A DNA stretch of 64,000 nt, taken from the NCBI GenBank assembly GCA_963728565.1, contig CAVSLC010000028.1, positions 102,399 to 166,398 of the forward strand. The letters are read 5' to 3'. A program made the position numbers and the translations under genes. Below the pieces are notes generated by a model. It saw only the letters and a list, made by a program, of their open reading frames with translations, ran no database searches and was not told the DNA's origin. Source of the DNA: an uncultured delta proteobacterium (GTDB lineage Bacteria > Desulfobacterota > Binatia > UBA9968). Positions 9,763 through 20,515 of this stretch are shown one piece after another (position 1 is the first letter of the stretch; every line of letters begins with the position of its first letter).

Positions 9763-10542
9763 TTAGATCACCTTGATTTCAGCAAGAAACTCTGCGATCT
9801 GCTTGCCGCCTTCCCCTTCATCGATGACGACTTTTCCAGCCTGGCGCTTCGGCGGGCGCCCAACAGTCAAGACTTTTTCTCTCGCACCCTTCTCTCCGAC
9901 TTGATCAGGCGGCAGCCCTAAATCAGCCGCCGTATAAATCTTTATCTCTTTCTTTTTGGCTGCCATAATCCCTTTGAGTTGCGGGTACCGTGGTTCATTA
10001 ATGCCGCTGCTAACCGCTACAAGAGCCGGCAATTTGGATTCAACCAGATCATAACCGCTCTCACTTTGACGCTTGATGGCGATACGATCGTCGTCAATGA
10101 GAATTTCTTTCGCGAATGTCATCGGCGGAACTCCCAGCAAATGGGCAATTTGACCGGGAACTATGCCGGAATAGCTATCGCTGCTTTCCGTGGCGCAGAT
10201 AACCAAATCGAACGGTTGTTTTTTGATAGCCGCGGCAAGAATCTTTGCGGTACCGAGTGTATCCGAACCGGCAACCGCATCATCTAAGATGTGCACTGCC
10301 GAAGTCACACCCATGGCCAAGGCGTTACGTATTCCAATCGTGGCATCGCTAATGCCCATGGTCACCAGCGTTACTATACCACTGTGTTTTTCGGTCAACC
10401 GAAGGGCTTCCTCAACTGCACTTGCCGCCGCAGGATCCAACTCGTGCGGCACACCCTTGCGCACCATTCGTCTCGTGTTCGGATCAATTTCAATGGTTAC
10501 CGAGCTGGCCGGAATAACCTTACCACAGACAACAATATTCAA
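9763..10542 (-). CDS. etfB: Electron transfer flavoprotein beta subunit
   Basis: MNIVVCGKVIP, ALAMG, INEPRYP, IMAAKKKEI; adjacent to etfA. Confidence 0.93.
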   Translation of the reverse strand: MNIVVCGKVIPASSVTIEIDPNTRRMVRKGVPHELDPAAASAVEEALRLTEKHSGIVTLVTMGISDATIGIRNALAMGVTSAVHILDDAVAGSDTLGTAKILAAAIKKQPFDLVICATESSDSYSGIVPGQIAHLLGVPPMTFAKEILIDDDRIAIKRQSESGYDLVESKLPALVAVSSGINEPRYPQLKGIMAAKKKEIKIYTAADLGLPPDQVGEKGAREKVLTVGRPPKRQAGKVVIDEGEGGKQIAEFLAEIKVI

Positions 10543-10578
10543 TGTTCACGTTCTCCTAAACTATCGGAGAGATGATAG

Positions 10579-10613
10579 ACAAAGGCGCCTAACTGATGGA
10601 TAGGCGCCTTTGT
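10579..10613 (-). terminator. Hairpin / probable intrinsic terminator between the small ORF and etfB
   Basis: ACAAAGGCGCCTA-N9-TAGGCGCCTTTGT, 13-bp perfect stem. Confidence 0.7.
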
Positions 10614-10643
10614 AACCTAATCTCGGTACTCTCAGTTAGGAAG

Positions 10644-10835
10644 TTAAGACACCCACTCCTTCACATTACCCTCAAGAACGACATCCAAAATCTCTTTACA
10701 ATCGGCGATTGCCTGATCGACGATTTTTGGATCGTCTTTGAGATGGGGCATTGCCGTTCCGACTGCTTTTTGGAGGGCCTGGATAAACTCTTTGAATTGC
10801 TGATCTAGTGCCTCAGTATTTGGAGCTTGCTGCAT
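10644..10835 (-). CDS. Small helical hypothetical protein (63 aa)
   Basis: AGAGG RBS, starts 13 nt after the di-iron gene stop, amphipathic helical composition. Confidence 0.7.
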   Translation of the reverse strand: MQQAPNTEALDQQFKEFIQALQKAVGTAMPHLKDDPKIVDQAIADCKEILDVVLEGNVKEWVS

Positions 10836-10848
10836 ATTTCCCTCTAGC

Positions 10849-11571
10849 CTACGTGTAAAGACGTCCCTTATTAGGATCCGGGATGGTTAGATTCATCTTA
10901 GTAAGAAGACCGTCGACCTCGTCTTTATATTGCTGACGGGCTACCGCATTCGGCCGCCTCTTCAACCCCCACTGCATGTAACGCTCAGATCGATAGGACT
11001 TGCTGTTACCAAACATATCCAGTCCTTTGACGTACCAGTAGTCCACCGCTTTCTGAATTCGTTCTTTCGCTTCCCCACCTTTGGCCGCGTACTCAGCAGT
11101 TTTATTTGTCCCGAAATCTATGTGCCCCTCTTCTTCACGAATTACATCCGGATCCTCAACAATCCGCGCCAGCGGTAAATAGGTGCATCCGATAAATTCC
11201 TCAAGTTGGAAACGACCAACTCGATCAATCAAAAATCCAAACACAGCATAATCTTCCCACGTATCAATGGAACCCCGGAATGCTTCGACATATCGCTCCT
11301 GGTTGGAACGGCTCAAAACGTACGATACGTCGAGGCCAATATCCCCCGCTAGCCGGGCCATCTTTCTGTAGTGATCCATCTCCTCAGCAGCCGTGCGCGC
11401 GACTATAAGCTGATCCAGTTTGGTTGGAGCTGACGGTAAAATATTCCTAATATAAAGATTCGGGCCACCAATCTCACAGTCGGCCTGAATCGCAAGGACC
11501 CGTTTAAGTAAGTCCTGATACTCCGGATCTTGTTTCTCAAAGTCTTCGAGATCAACCTTCTCTGTAAACAT
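10849..11571 (-). CDS. PaaA/PaaC-family ferritin-like di-iron protein
   Basis: PEY..LL, DCEIGG, AP, EEMDH, TWED, LID, EEEGH, LDMFG, WGLK, IPDP motifs follow the PaaA pattern. Confidence 0.85.
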   Translation of the reverse strand: MFTEKVDLEDFEKQDPEYQDLLKRVLAIQADCEIGGPNLYIRNILPSAPTKLDQLIVARTAAEEMDHYRKMARLAGDIGLDVSYVLSRSNQERYVEAFRGSIDTWEDYAVFGFLIDRVGRFQLEEFIGCTYLPLARIVEDPDVIREEEGHIDFGTNKTAEYAAKGGEAKERIQKAVDYWYVKGLDMFGNSKSYRSERYMQWGLKRRPNAVARQQYKDEVDGLLTKMNLTIPDPNKGRLYT

Positions 11572-11731
11572 GCTATGGGGCCTCCTGTGACTCGCTAATT
11601 ATGCGCAATTATTATAAAAATCATTAACAAAACAGTCCGGACAAATCAATAAGCGCCGACGCTTCAGACGCAAAATCCGGCTGTTTCGTCGTCTCGAAAT
11701 CAGTCAGCAGGAGAACGACTTGTGGTGTCTC

Positions 11732-13036
11732 ATGAACTACTGGCGCTATTGAAGGATCTCTATCAATTGACGATGGCAAGCTGATTTCGACGATCACAAA
11801 ACGGAGCGAGCTACTTTCAGTTTTTTTATCGAATATTATCCGCTAAACACAGGGTTTTTCGTTTCTGCAGGCCCGCATGACGTTGTCAAATTTTAGAGGA
11901 CTTTACACTGGTAGCCCTAGATTATCTCTCAATGGAGAATCTCTTTACGTATGACTTTTGAAGCCATGGAGAGATTACGTTTCACTGGAGACGTTTGGAC
12001 ACTACCGGAAGGCCGAGTGTTCTTCAAAGACGAACCCAGTTTCGTAGCTACTGCCCCATTATTGAAGCTCAGTTGGTCGAGACGTTTATCATCAACCAAA
12101 TCAACCGACAGTCGCTCATTGCCACGAAGGCAGCTAAGTGTGTTCATACCGCAGGCAAGCGGCCGTTGTGGATTTCGCTTTACGCCGACCCCATGGAATC
12201 GATGCCGCGACGAAAGTCCCCCGATCGAGTATCTTGCCGGCTTTGCCGGCACCAGCAATGTGTTGGCGGGCAAGACATATGAAATACCGACCGTCGAACA
12301 TGGCCCATTCTTTCGTCAGCAGCTTCGGAGATGAAATATAGATTCCTTTCGGAGTTAGCGGCAAGCTTTCCCGAAGCCGCAACTCTATTGATCGATACCT
12401 AAGACACAATTGCCGGCCCGCGCAATGCGGTCAAAGTCGCCAAAGAGATGGCTGCCCGTGCTCAGCGCCTGAAAGGCGTCCGTATAGATAGCGGCGATCT
12501 TGCAGGGCTGGCAATCAAGTTGGCTAAAATTCTTGACGACGCTGAATTTCCCGACATTAAAATATCGGAAGCGGCGGCTTGGATGAATACGATCGCACCG
12601 AGCTCTCCGGAGCGCGACTTGCTTTCGACAGCTACGGGGTGGGAACCAAGATGGGCACCTCGAGCCATGCGCAATGATCAGATATGCCTACAAACTTGTT
12701 GAATATGGCGACAAGCCGGTTTTGAAGACAAGCCCCGGTAAGATTTCCTGGCCGGGCGCTAAACAACTATTTCGGTAAAGAAGCAATCAAGGACAATTAG
12801 AAACAGGACACCATTGGATTGCGCGATGACCGTATCGCCGGCACGGAAGCGCTGGTGGGAAAGACGGCAAGACACTTGGAAGCCTCCCTACATTAGCCCA
12901 GAGCCGAGCCGGTTTAGCTAACGAGCTCGGGCATCTTTCCGATTTGACAACGGCAATCCGCAACAGTTCTTTATCCGTCGAGTTCAGTCCTGCACTCGTC
13001 CGGTTGCGTGAAGAGACTGAGCGAAAGCCCGATTAA
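11732..13036 (+). pseudogene. pncB: Nicotinate phosphoribosyltransferase, heavily degraded
   Basis: Fragments across frames: ALLKDLYQLTM, FTGDVWTLPEG, EAQLVET, TSNVLAG, MAHSFVSSF, GVRIDSGDL, GVGTKMG, YKLVEY; many frameshifts and in-frame stops. Confidence 0.88.
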
Positions 13037-13192
13037 GCCTTAACCGTGTCTGACCCTTCTCACTAGCTTGGAGACGTCAGAACTCCTCTAGAGACTCAGC
13101 TCCAAATGAACGATTGGACGGGTAAATAGTTAATAGTTGTGTAGATGAAAAGGGTAGCGCTTAATTGAAATTGTTAGAAGATGTTTAACGAG

Positions 13193-14185
13193 TCAAAACT
13201 TTATCACTGCTGCGCCCCAGGCAAATCCCGCACCAAATCCATTGAGCAAAACGACATCGCCCTTCTGGATCCGGCCCTGACGCTTGGCTTCATCCAGGGC
13301 CACTGGAATAGATGCTGCAGAGGTATTCCCGTACTTTTCGAGATTGACCATGACTTTGTCCATCGAAACACCCAGCCTCTCGGCTAGAGCGACGATGATA
13401 CGACGATTGGCCTGATGTGGAATCACCAGCGAGACTTCATCGATGCCGACACCCGCCTCTTCCAGCGCCTCCCGGCTAATATCTTCCATTGAACGCACCG
13501 CAATCTTAAATACCTCTTTCCCGTTCATAGTGATGGTATGCTCGTTTCTCTCTACGGTCTTGCAGTTGGCTGGTTTAAGAGAGCCTCCCGCCGGGACATA
13601 AAGAGTTTTCGCGTACGAGCCATCGGTGCGCAATTTGGTGCTTAAAATACCGTTGCCGTTTTCCGAGGCACCGAGTACCACGGCACCCGCCCCATCGCCA
13701 AACAGTATACAGGTTGTGCGGTCCTGCCAATTCAGCAGCCGGCTTAGAACATCAGAACCGACTACGAGAGCGTTACGGATTTTACCGAGCCGGATAAAAG
13801 AATCCGCGACCGATAACGCGTTGAGAAATCCCGAGCAGGCAGCGCCGACATCGAAGGAGAAAACTCCTCTAGCCCCGAGCATATCTTCAAGCACGCAAGC
13901 CGAACTTGGAAACGGATAATCCGCAGTGACCGTTCCCATAATGATCGCGTCCAAATCACCAGCGTCCAAACTCGCATCGTCAAGCGCTCTCGTTGCAGCA
14001 CGGAACGCCATATCCGCGTTGCCCTTACCCTCTTCAAGTATTCGGCGCTCTTTTATCCCAGTGCGGACTGTGATCCATTCGTCACTGGTCTCGACCATCT
14101 TCTCAAGGTCATGGTTTGTAATGACCTTGGACGGTAGTTCAGAACCCGTTCCGAGAATCACACTGCGCCGCTGTCCTCCACTCAT
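13193..14185 (-). CDS. fabH: Beta-ketoacyl-ACP synthase III
   Basis: [27 protein letters not shown]; ATGA overlap with fabF. Confidence 0.96.
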   Translation of the reverse strand: MSGGQRRSVILGTGSELPSKVITNHDLEKMVETSDEWITVRTGIKERRILEEGKGNADMAFRAATRALDDASLDAGDLDAIIMGTVTADYPFPSSACVLEDMLGARGVFSFDVGAACSGFLNALSVADSFIRLGKIRNALVVGSDVLSRLLNWQDRTTCILFGDGAGAVVLGASENGNGILSTKLRTDGSYAKTLYVPAGGSLKPANCKTVERNEHTITMNGKEVFKIAVRSMEDISREALEEAGVGIDEVSLVIPHQANRRIIVALAERLGVSMDKVMVNLEKYGNTSAASIPVALDEAKRQGRIQKGDVVLLNGFGAGFAWGAAVIKF

Positions 14186-15435
14186 TCCGCCCTCCTCAAT
14201 ATGACACACGCATTCGTCCCACCGAAACCGAACGAGTTCGAGAGTACGACCTTGAGATCCTTCTTACGAGCTTCGTTAGGCACATAATCCAGATCGCACT
14301 GTGGATCAGGATTATCATAGTTGATCGTCGGCGGAATCAGACCGTGATGCAGGGAGAGCGCTGAGAACACGCCTTCAACAGCACCGGCTGCACCGAGTAA
14401 ATGGCCGGTCATAGATTTAGTGGAACTCACTGCTAGTTTGGCCGCCTGTTCGCCGAATACCTTTTTGATCGCCATCGTTTCGTTGGCATCGTTGTATTCT
14501 GTGGACGTCCCGTGTGCGTTAATATAATCAATGTCGGTGGGCGCGAGTCCGGCATCCTTTAATGCCAGTCTCATACAGCGAGCCGCGCCTTCGCCTTCCG
14601 GCGCCGGCGCGGTCATGTGGTGCGCATCGCCGTTTGCCGCATAGCCAACCACTTCGGCGTAAATCTTTGCGCCTCGTTGGAGAGCTCTCTCTCTTTCTTC
14701 GAGGATGAGAACACCGGAGCCTTCGGCAATCACGAACCCGTCGCGATCTCGATCAAAGGGGCGGCTGGCGCGTTCTGGCTCATCATTGCGGGTCGAGAGC
14801 GCCTTCATGGCGGCGAAGCCGCCAACGGCCAACGGAGTAATAGCCGACTCAGCACCGCCGGTAATCACCGCATCCTGCAAGCCGCGCCGAATCAAGTGAT
14901 AAGCCTCGCCGATGGCATGTGTACCGGACGCGCATGCAGACGTTGGTGTTAAGTTGATTCCCTTGGCACCATGGCGAATCGCGATCTGACCGGGAGCCAA
15001 GTTAGATATCACTTTCGGGATGAAAAAGGGAGATATTTTCCGCGGCCCGCCCTGCAGTATCGCCTCCTTGGTAGTCTCGATGGTATCGATGCCGCAAAGT
15101 CCAACACCAATGATAACACCTACCTGCTCAGCCAACTCAGTATCGATTTTCAAGCCGCTATCCGTCATCGCCATCGCTGCCGCCGCGACCGCATACTGGA
15201 TAAAAAGATCCATCTTCTTGATCTCTTTAGGCTCGATGAAATCTGTAGGAGAAAAGTCCGGCACTTCCCCCGCGATCTGCGAGGGATAAGCTTCAAGATT
15301 GGAAAATCGGCTGATTCGTCTGATCCCGGAGCGCCCGGCAATCAAAGCATCCCAATTCTTTTCAACGCCAGTCCCCAATGGAGTAACCAAGCCCATGCCT
15401 GTTACGACGACCCTGCGTTGTTCAGGTGTATTCAC
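14182..15435 (-). CDS. fabF: Beta-ketoacyl-ACP synthase II
   Basis: [43 protein letters not shown]. Confidence 0.97.
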   Translation of the reverse strand: MNTPEQRRVVVTGMGLVTPLGTGVEKNWDALIAGRSGIRRISRFSNLEAYPSQIAGEVPDFSPTDFIEPKEIKKMDLFIQYAVAAAAMAMTDSGLKIDTELAEQVGVIIGVGLCGIDTIETTKEAILQGGPRKISPFFIPKVISNLAPGQIAIRHGAKGINLTPTSACASGTHAIGEAYHLIRRGLQDAVITGGAESAITPLAVGGFAAMKALSTRNDEPERASRPFDRDRDGFVIAEGSGVLILEERERALQRGAKIYAEVVGYAANGDAHHMTAPAPEGEGAARCMRLALKDAGLAPTDIDYINAHGTSTEYNDANETMAIKKVFGEQAAKLAVSSTKSMTGHLLGAAGAVEGVFSALSLHHGLIPPTINYDNPDPQCDLDYVPNEARKKDLKVVLSNSFGFGGTNACVILRRAE

Positions 15436-15513
15436 GTTCTTACCGGCCTTGAAAAAATTTAAACCTTAACTTGAACACTAAAATAGATGACTCCGAGCGG
15501 AGGGTCAATACTT

Positions 15514-16539
15514 TCAGTGAAATTGATCGTGCGTTCCCAAAACTGCACGAATAAGAGGATCTATCTTCTCGCCGCCAACGTCGGCCGGAAACTTGTCGCC
15601 ACCAGATTCTTGGAGCCTTTCGAGAACACCGGCAACGGACGACTTAAGGGCGGTGAGATCGTAGCCGCCTTCGAGCAAAAACGCTATTTTCCCGCCGCAG
15701 TAAACTTCCGCTAGGTGCAGCATCGCACGGGCCATCTGCGAGAATCCAGCTTCGGTCACATTCATTCCTGCCAATGGATCCTGCCGATGCGGATCAAATC
15801 CGGCCGACACTAAAATCCACTGCGGTCGGAAGCGTTCGATAGCTGGAATGACGACGTCTCTAAAGACTCGCAAGTATTCCGCATCTCCGCAGCCGGCCGG
15901 GAGCGGAACGTTGATCGTGAAACCCGCGCCTTCTTTCACTCCCACTTCTGCGACGCCCCCCGTGCCCGGGTAGAAAGGATACTGATGGGCTGAGACAAAC
16001 AGAACAGAGGGATCAGAGTAGAACGCCTCTTGGGTGCCATTACCGTGGTGCACATCCCAATCAACGATGGCAATCCGCTTTGCTCCATGGGCAGTCTTCA
16101 GATACTGCGCACCGACAGCAATGGTATTAAAAAGGCAGAAGCCCATGGCTCTGTTTCTGAGCGCATGATGTCCTGGCGGTCGTATCATGGCAAAAGCGTT
16201 GCACGATTCGCCGGCAGCAACGGAGTCCAACAATTTCAGAAAACCTCCTGTCGCGAGCAAAGCAACAGCAAAAGAATCCTGACTAGTGATAGTGTCTCCA
16301 TCCAAAGCATACTGGGTCAGGCCCGCAGTCGATTCCACCAACTGGACATATTTCGGATCGTGACAAAGCTCGATTTCCGATCGCGAGGCAGCCCTGGCCG
16401 GCATCAGCTGAAAACGAGCGGGATCTAGGGTCTCGGCCAAGTCTAGCAAAACTCGCAACCGCTCGGGTCGCTCAGGATGACCTCGACCTGGCATGTGCTT
16501 GAGAAACTCTCGATCGATCAAGATCGCGGAACGTTTCAT
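15514..16539 (-). CDS. Zn-dependent histone deacetylase family protein
   Basis: HPERPERL, RPPGHHA, GFCLFN, DWDVHHGNGTQ, SAGFD, EGGY; start at MKRSAIL. Confidence 0.93.
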   Translation of the reverse strand: MKRSAILIDREFLKHMPGRGHPERPERLRVLLDLAETLDPARFQLMPARAASRSEIELCHDPKYVQLVESTAGLTQYALDGDTITSQDSFAVALLATGGFLKLLDSVAAGESCNAFAMIRPPGHHALRNRAMGFCLFNTIAVGAQYLKTAHGAKRIAIVDWDVHHGNGTQEAFYSDPSVLFVSAHQYPFYPGTGGVAEVGVKEGAGFTINVPLPAGCGDAEYLRVFRDVVIPAIERFRPQWILVSAGFDPHRQDPLAGMNVTEAGFSQMARAMLHLAEVYCGGKIAFLLEGGYDLTALKSSVAGVLERLQESGGDKFPADVGGEKIDPLIRAVLGTHDQFH

Positions 16540-16702
16540 TGTATTAAAATAGCATTCGGTGCTGCCGGTCACAACGTTGTGAGCCGGGCCAGCGACAGCA
16601 GTCGTCTGAAGTAATCCGCCGCTGGCAGGACTCGGTGTCGAGACATTTAGCTTGGTTGCCAACTGATAGAAAATCGCATAGCTTGACGCTGGAGGACGTA
16701 GC

Positions 16703-16978
16703 ATGTTTGGTATTGGGATGCCGGAGCTATTGCTGATTTTAGCTTTGGCGCTGATCGTCTTAGGTCCCAAGAAACTGCCTGAGCTCGCCCGGGCGCTCGG
16801 CAAGGGCATGGCCGAGTTTCGAAGGGCGACTGATGAGCTTAAAGACGAGTTTCGTCAATTGGAAAACGAACCGTCCGAATCCCCGGCTCAGGCGACTCAA
16901 AAAGACGATTCGTTGCTAACCAAGCAAGCTGATGCCTCGGCCGCTTCCCCCGCGGCTGCTAACCAATCACGTGAGTAA
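16703..16978 (+). CDS. Twin-arginine translocase TatA/TatB subunit
   Basis: [27 protein letters not shown]; GGAGG RBS; upstream of tatC. Confidence 0.92.
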   Translation: MFGIGMPELLLILALALIVLGPKKLPELARALGKGMAEFRRATDELKDEFRQLENEPSESPAQATQKDDSLLTKQADASAASPAAANQSRE

Positions 16979-17726
16979 CCAGCCCGCTAAAAGGCATTTG
17001 GAAAACGTCCAGATGCCTTTTAGCTCTCATCTAGATGAGCTCCGCACCAGACTGATTCGCTCCGTCCTTGCTGTCGCTATCGCGTTCATCTTCTGCTTTT
17101 ATTTCGCGGAGCAGATCTTTTTTGCTCTGGCGGAACCACTCCGGCGGTTGCCAATACCCGATCTGACTTTGATCGGCACGGCCGTGACCGAGGCCTTCTT
17201 CACAAAAATGAAGATTTCATTCTTTGCAGCTCTGATCGTGGCGCTGCCGGTGCTGTTGTGGCAAGGCTGGCAATTCGTCGGGCCGGGGCTATACGAACAT
17301 GAGAAGCGTTATACCCGCAGCTTTGTGCTTTTTGGCTCGTTCTTTTTTCTCGCAGGCGTGGTTTTTTGCTACGGCGTCGTTCTCCAGAAGGGTCTCGCTT
17401 TCCTGTTAAAGCGCTATCAGGTGCTGCAGATTCAGCCGGCGATTCAAATCGGTGATTATCTTTCCATGGTTGCCAGGCTGGTATTGGCATTTGGAGTAAT
17501 GTTTCAACTACCGGTGCTCAGTTTCTTTTTGGCTCGTGTGGGTTTGGTGGATCATCGGCTATTGATTCACTATCTTGGCTACGCAATCATCGGCATGGCC
17601 ATCATCTCGGCCGTGCTAACCCCGCCTGATGTGATCTCGCAAATCTTGTTAATGGTACCTTTGAGCTTGCTTTACGGCGTGAGCATAGGTGTGGCATACG
17701 TGGCAAGCCCGAGAAAGACCCGGTAA
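16971..17726 (+). CDS. tatC: Twin-arginine translocase TatC
   Basis: [30 protein letters not shown]. Confidence 0.95.
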   Translation: MSNQPAKRHLENVQMPFSSHLDELRTRLIRSVLAVAIAFIFCFYFAEQIFFALAEPLRRLPIPDLTLIGTAVTEAFFTKMKISFFAALIVALPVLLWQGWQFVGPGLYEHEKRYTRSFVLFGSFFFLAGVVFCYGVVLQKGLAFLLKRYQVLQIQPAIQIGDYLSMVARLVLAFGVMFQLPVLSFFLARVGLVDHRLLIHYLGYAIIGMAIISAVLTPPDVISQILLMVPLSLLYGVSIGVAYVASPRKTR

Positions 17727-17789
17727 TCGGTACAGACCTAACCGCCTGGACGCCGCGCTGCGGCGAGTCGATTAATTCTCAAATCAATT

Positions 17790-18341
17790 TTAGTTGTCGT
17801 CGTTTACGAAAGCGCAGGCAGCGAACACCGTGGTCCAAAGACCATCTTTATTACCGATGGCGGATTGCGTGATATTGGACGTACGAACGATTTTGCCGGA
17901 CATTTTGAAGAGGTTTTCCCTCTCATCCCAAGCGGTGTCAGGATCGAACTCTATACCCAGCGTTGTCGCAAGCATGCTGGCGGCTAGATCTTCGGCATAA
18001 TCGCCGGCTTTCTCCTCGGTTTCTCCGAATGAATGGTGCTCCGAAAGATAACCATGCTGCTCTTGGTCCGCTGGAATAGCGACACCGACCGAGGCAGCAA
18101 CCAAGCGGTTCGGTTCGTTTGTACTCTCACGGTCATAGACGCAGAAAACGATTTCGCCCGGACGTAACAGTTTGACACCCTCTTCTTTGGAAATGCGTTT
18201 GCAAAAAGGCGGATAGATGCTCGAGACCAGAACTAAGTTGCAGTAGGCGAGTCCTGCTGATCGCAACGCCAGCTCAAAAGAGGCCAGCTTCTCCTTATGG
18301 ACGCCAACACCCTTCGTGAAAAAACATTTTTTCGGAATCAT
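17790..18341 (-). CDS. pdaD: Pyruvoyl-dependent arginine decarboxylase
   Basis: [18 protein letters not shown] (Ser-Ser self-cleavage site), GYLSEHH. Confidence 0.9.
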   Translation of the reverse strand: MIPKKCFFTKGVGVHKEKLASFELALRSAGLAYCNLVLVSSIYPPFCKRISKEEGVKLLRPGEIVFCVYDRESTNEPNRLVAASVGVAIPADQEQHGYLSEHHSFGETEEKAGDYAEDLAASMLATTLGIEFDPDTAWDERENLFKMSGKIVRTSNITQSAIGNKDGLWTTVFAACAFVNDDN

Positions 18342-18411
18342 TGTCCGGTGTCTATAACATTAAAGAAATTTGCTGACAACTTCGCAATTAGAATTCTTCC
18401 GCTTCAGAGTA

Positions 18412-18915
18412 TCATTCAACGATGAGCAAAACTGCGCCCCCTTCGACGGTTTCGCCGGGAGTCACTTTAATCTCTTTCACCTCGCCATTGATGGGGCTGC
18501 GCACTTCGTTTTCCATTTTCATCGCTTCGACGATGACCAGTCCCTGCCCTTTCTCGACGGTATCGCCTTCGGCCACCAGCACAGCAATCACCTTACCGGG
18601 CATCGGCACTGAAACCTTCTGGCGCCCTTGAAACTCGATTCCTGATTGGGTCCCGCCGATACGGACCCGCCGCTCATCCACCAAACTTACATGATAGTTG
18701 CGACCATCCACTAGTACTTGATAATCATCTTCCGTGTGATCCACTTCGATCTCAAACGATCGATTGTCGACAATCAACGAATAATTGGTCCGCCCGGTTT
18801 TTTTCCCGTCAATCAAGAATTCGTTGCCATCGATCGAAACCTTGTAAACAGATTTACCGACTTCATCGATATCGACCGTGTAGGTCTGTTCTCCCAGCTT
18901 TGCAATGAAGGCCAT
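18412..18915 (-). CDS. Biotin carboxyl carrier subunit
   Basis: PMPGKV and EAMKMEN biotinylation motif; start at MAFIAKL. Confidence 0.93.
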   Translation of the reverse strand: MAFIAKLGEQTYTVDIDEVGKSVYKVSIDGNEFLIDGKKTGRTNYSLIVDNRSFEIEVDHTEDDYQVLVDGRNYHVSLVDERRVRIGGTQSGIEFQGRQKVSVPMPGKVIAVLVAEGDTVEKGQGLVIVEAMKMENEVRSPINGEVKEIKVTPGETVEGGAVLLIVE

Positions 18916-18925
18916 AATGGACTGG

Positions 18926-20468
18926 CTATGACCGGCGCCAACCCCGCGAGCTAAATGCGGGCTGTAAACGCAGCGCATTGCGCTTGCCGCGCTCGCGCCA
19001 TTTTGAAGGTTCGGCGGCGCCTTTGGCTAGCAGCCCAAGCGTGCTTTCCTGTTCACGATGCTTGGCGGCGATGGCCGCCGACGCCAACGCAATTTCCTTA
19101 TGCGGAAAGACCTCCTCCTTGCTGGTAGAATGATACTCCTGGTCGATAAATCCGGTATGGACTTTGCCCGACATGAAATGAGGGTGACGCAGAATCCATT
19201 GATGGAACGATATGTTCGTCTTAATGCCGCGAATTTGATATTCCCGCAGCGCTCGGCGCATGCGCAGAATTGCCTCGACCCGGTTTTCACCCCAAGTAAT
19301 CAGCTTTGCGATCATTGGATCATAATAAATAGGCACCTCGGCGCCTTCGTAAACGCCGCAGTCGTTCCTCAAGCCAAGTCCTTCGGGTAAGCGCAAACCT
19401 TCGATTTTTCCCGGGACAGGGCATAAAATCGTTTTCAGCGTCCTCCGCATAGATCCGGCATTCGATAGCGTGACCGGTTTGGGTGATGTGACGCTGTCGC
19501 CAGGGAAGGTATCCGCCCGCCGCTATCTCGATCTGCGCCTTCACCAGATCGATCCCAACCACTCGTTCCGTCACCGCGTGCTCGACCTGTAACCGCGTGT
19601 TCATCTCAAGAAAATAGAAATTCTGCTCCTGATCCAGCAGGAACTCGAGGGTGCCGGCGCCAACGTATCGAACCGCGCGCGCGCCTTGGATGGCAATACG
19701 GCCGATGCGCCGCCTGGTGCGATCGTCCAGCCCCGGAGCGGGAGATTCTTCGATTACCTTTTGGTGGCGCCGCTGGATCGAGCACTCGCGATCGAAGAGG
19801 TGCAGGACACGGCCATAATTATCGCCGAGGATTTGAATTTCGATGTGCCGCGGTTTCTCGATGTACTTCTCGACATACAGCCGCGGATCGCCGAAAGATG
19901 ATGCCGCCTCCGATCCTACCGCCCGATATGCCGATGAGACTTCGCGTCGAGAACGAACCAGACGCAAGCCCTTACCACCGCCGCCCGCCACCGCCTTCAA
20001 CATACAGGGATAGCCGATGGCTTCTATGGTACTTAAGACTTCCGCTTCAGACGTCAGTATCCCGTCAGAGCCCGGAACAACCGGCACTCCTGCCGCCTTC
20101 ATGATCTCTCTGGCCTTCACTTTATCGCCCATTTGATCGATAACTTCAGGCGAAGGCCCGATAAAGACGATTCCCTCCTCCAGGCATCGCTTTGCAAAGT
20201 GGCTATTTTCAGCCAAGAAGCCATAACCCGGATGGACTGCCTCAGCGTGGCTTCGTTTTGCCACCTCGATCATGCGGTCGATATTCAGGTAGCTCTGTAC
20301 CGAAGGCGCCGGACCAATGGCGTACGCATAGTCGGCATATTTTACGTGCAAGGACTCGCGATCGGCCTCTGAATAAACCGCAACGGTTTCGATGTCGAGT
20401 TCCCGACAGGCTCGGGCGATACGAACCGCGATTTCACCACGATTGGCTATCAAAATACGTTTAAACAC
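18926..20468 (-). CDS. accC: Biotin carboxylase subunit of acyl-CoA carboxylase (single frameshift near 19405-19415)
   Basis: ILIANRGEIA, HPGYGFLAEN, EMNTRLQVEH, then YYDPMIAKL in the second frame. Confidence 0.9.
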
Positions 20469-20515
20469 GGTGAATTAAATTCTTCGCCGATACTCAACCG
20501 AATCAGCGTACCAGT

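Noticed and set aside
16540-16809. N-terminal extension of the HDAC ORF
   Set aside because: Overlaps tatA/B on the opposite strand; family similarity begins at MKRSAIL
19400-19420. Programmed frameshift in accC
   Set aside because: Similar indels occur in many unrelated genes; sequencing error is simpler
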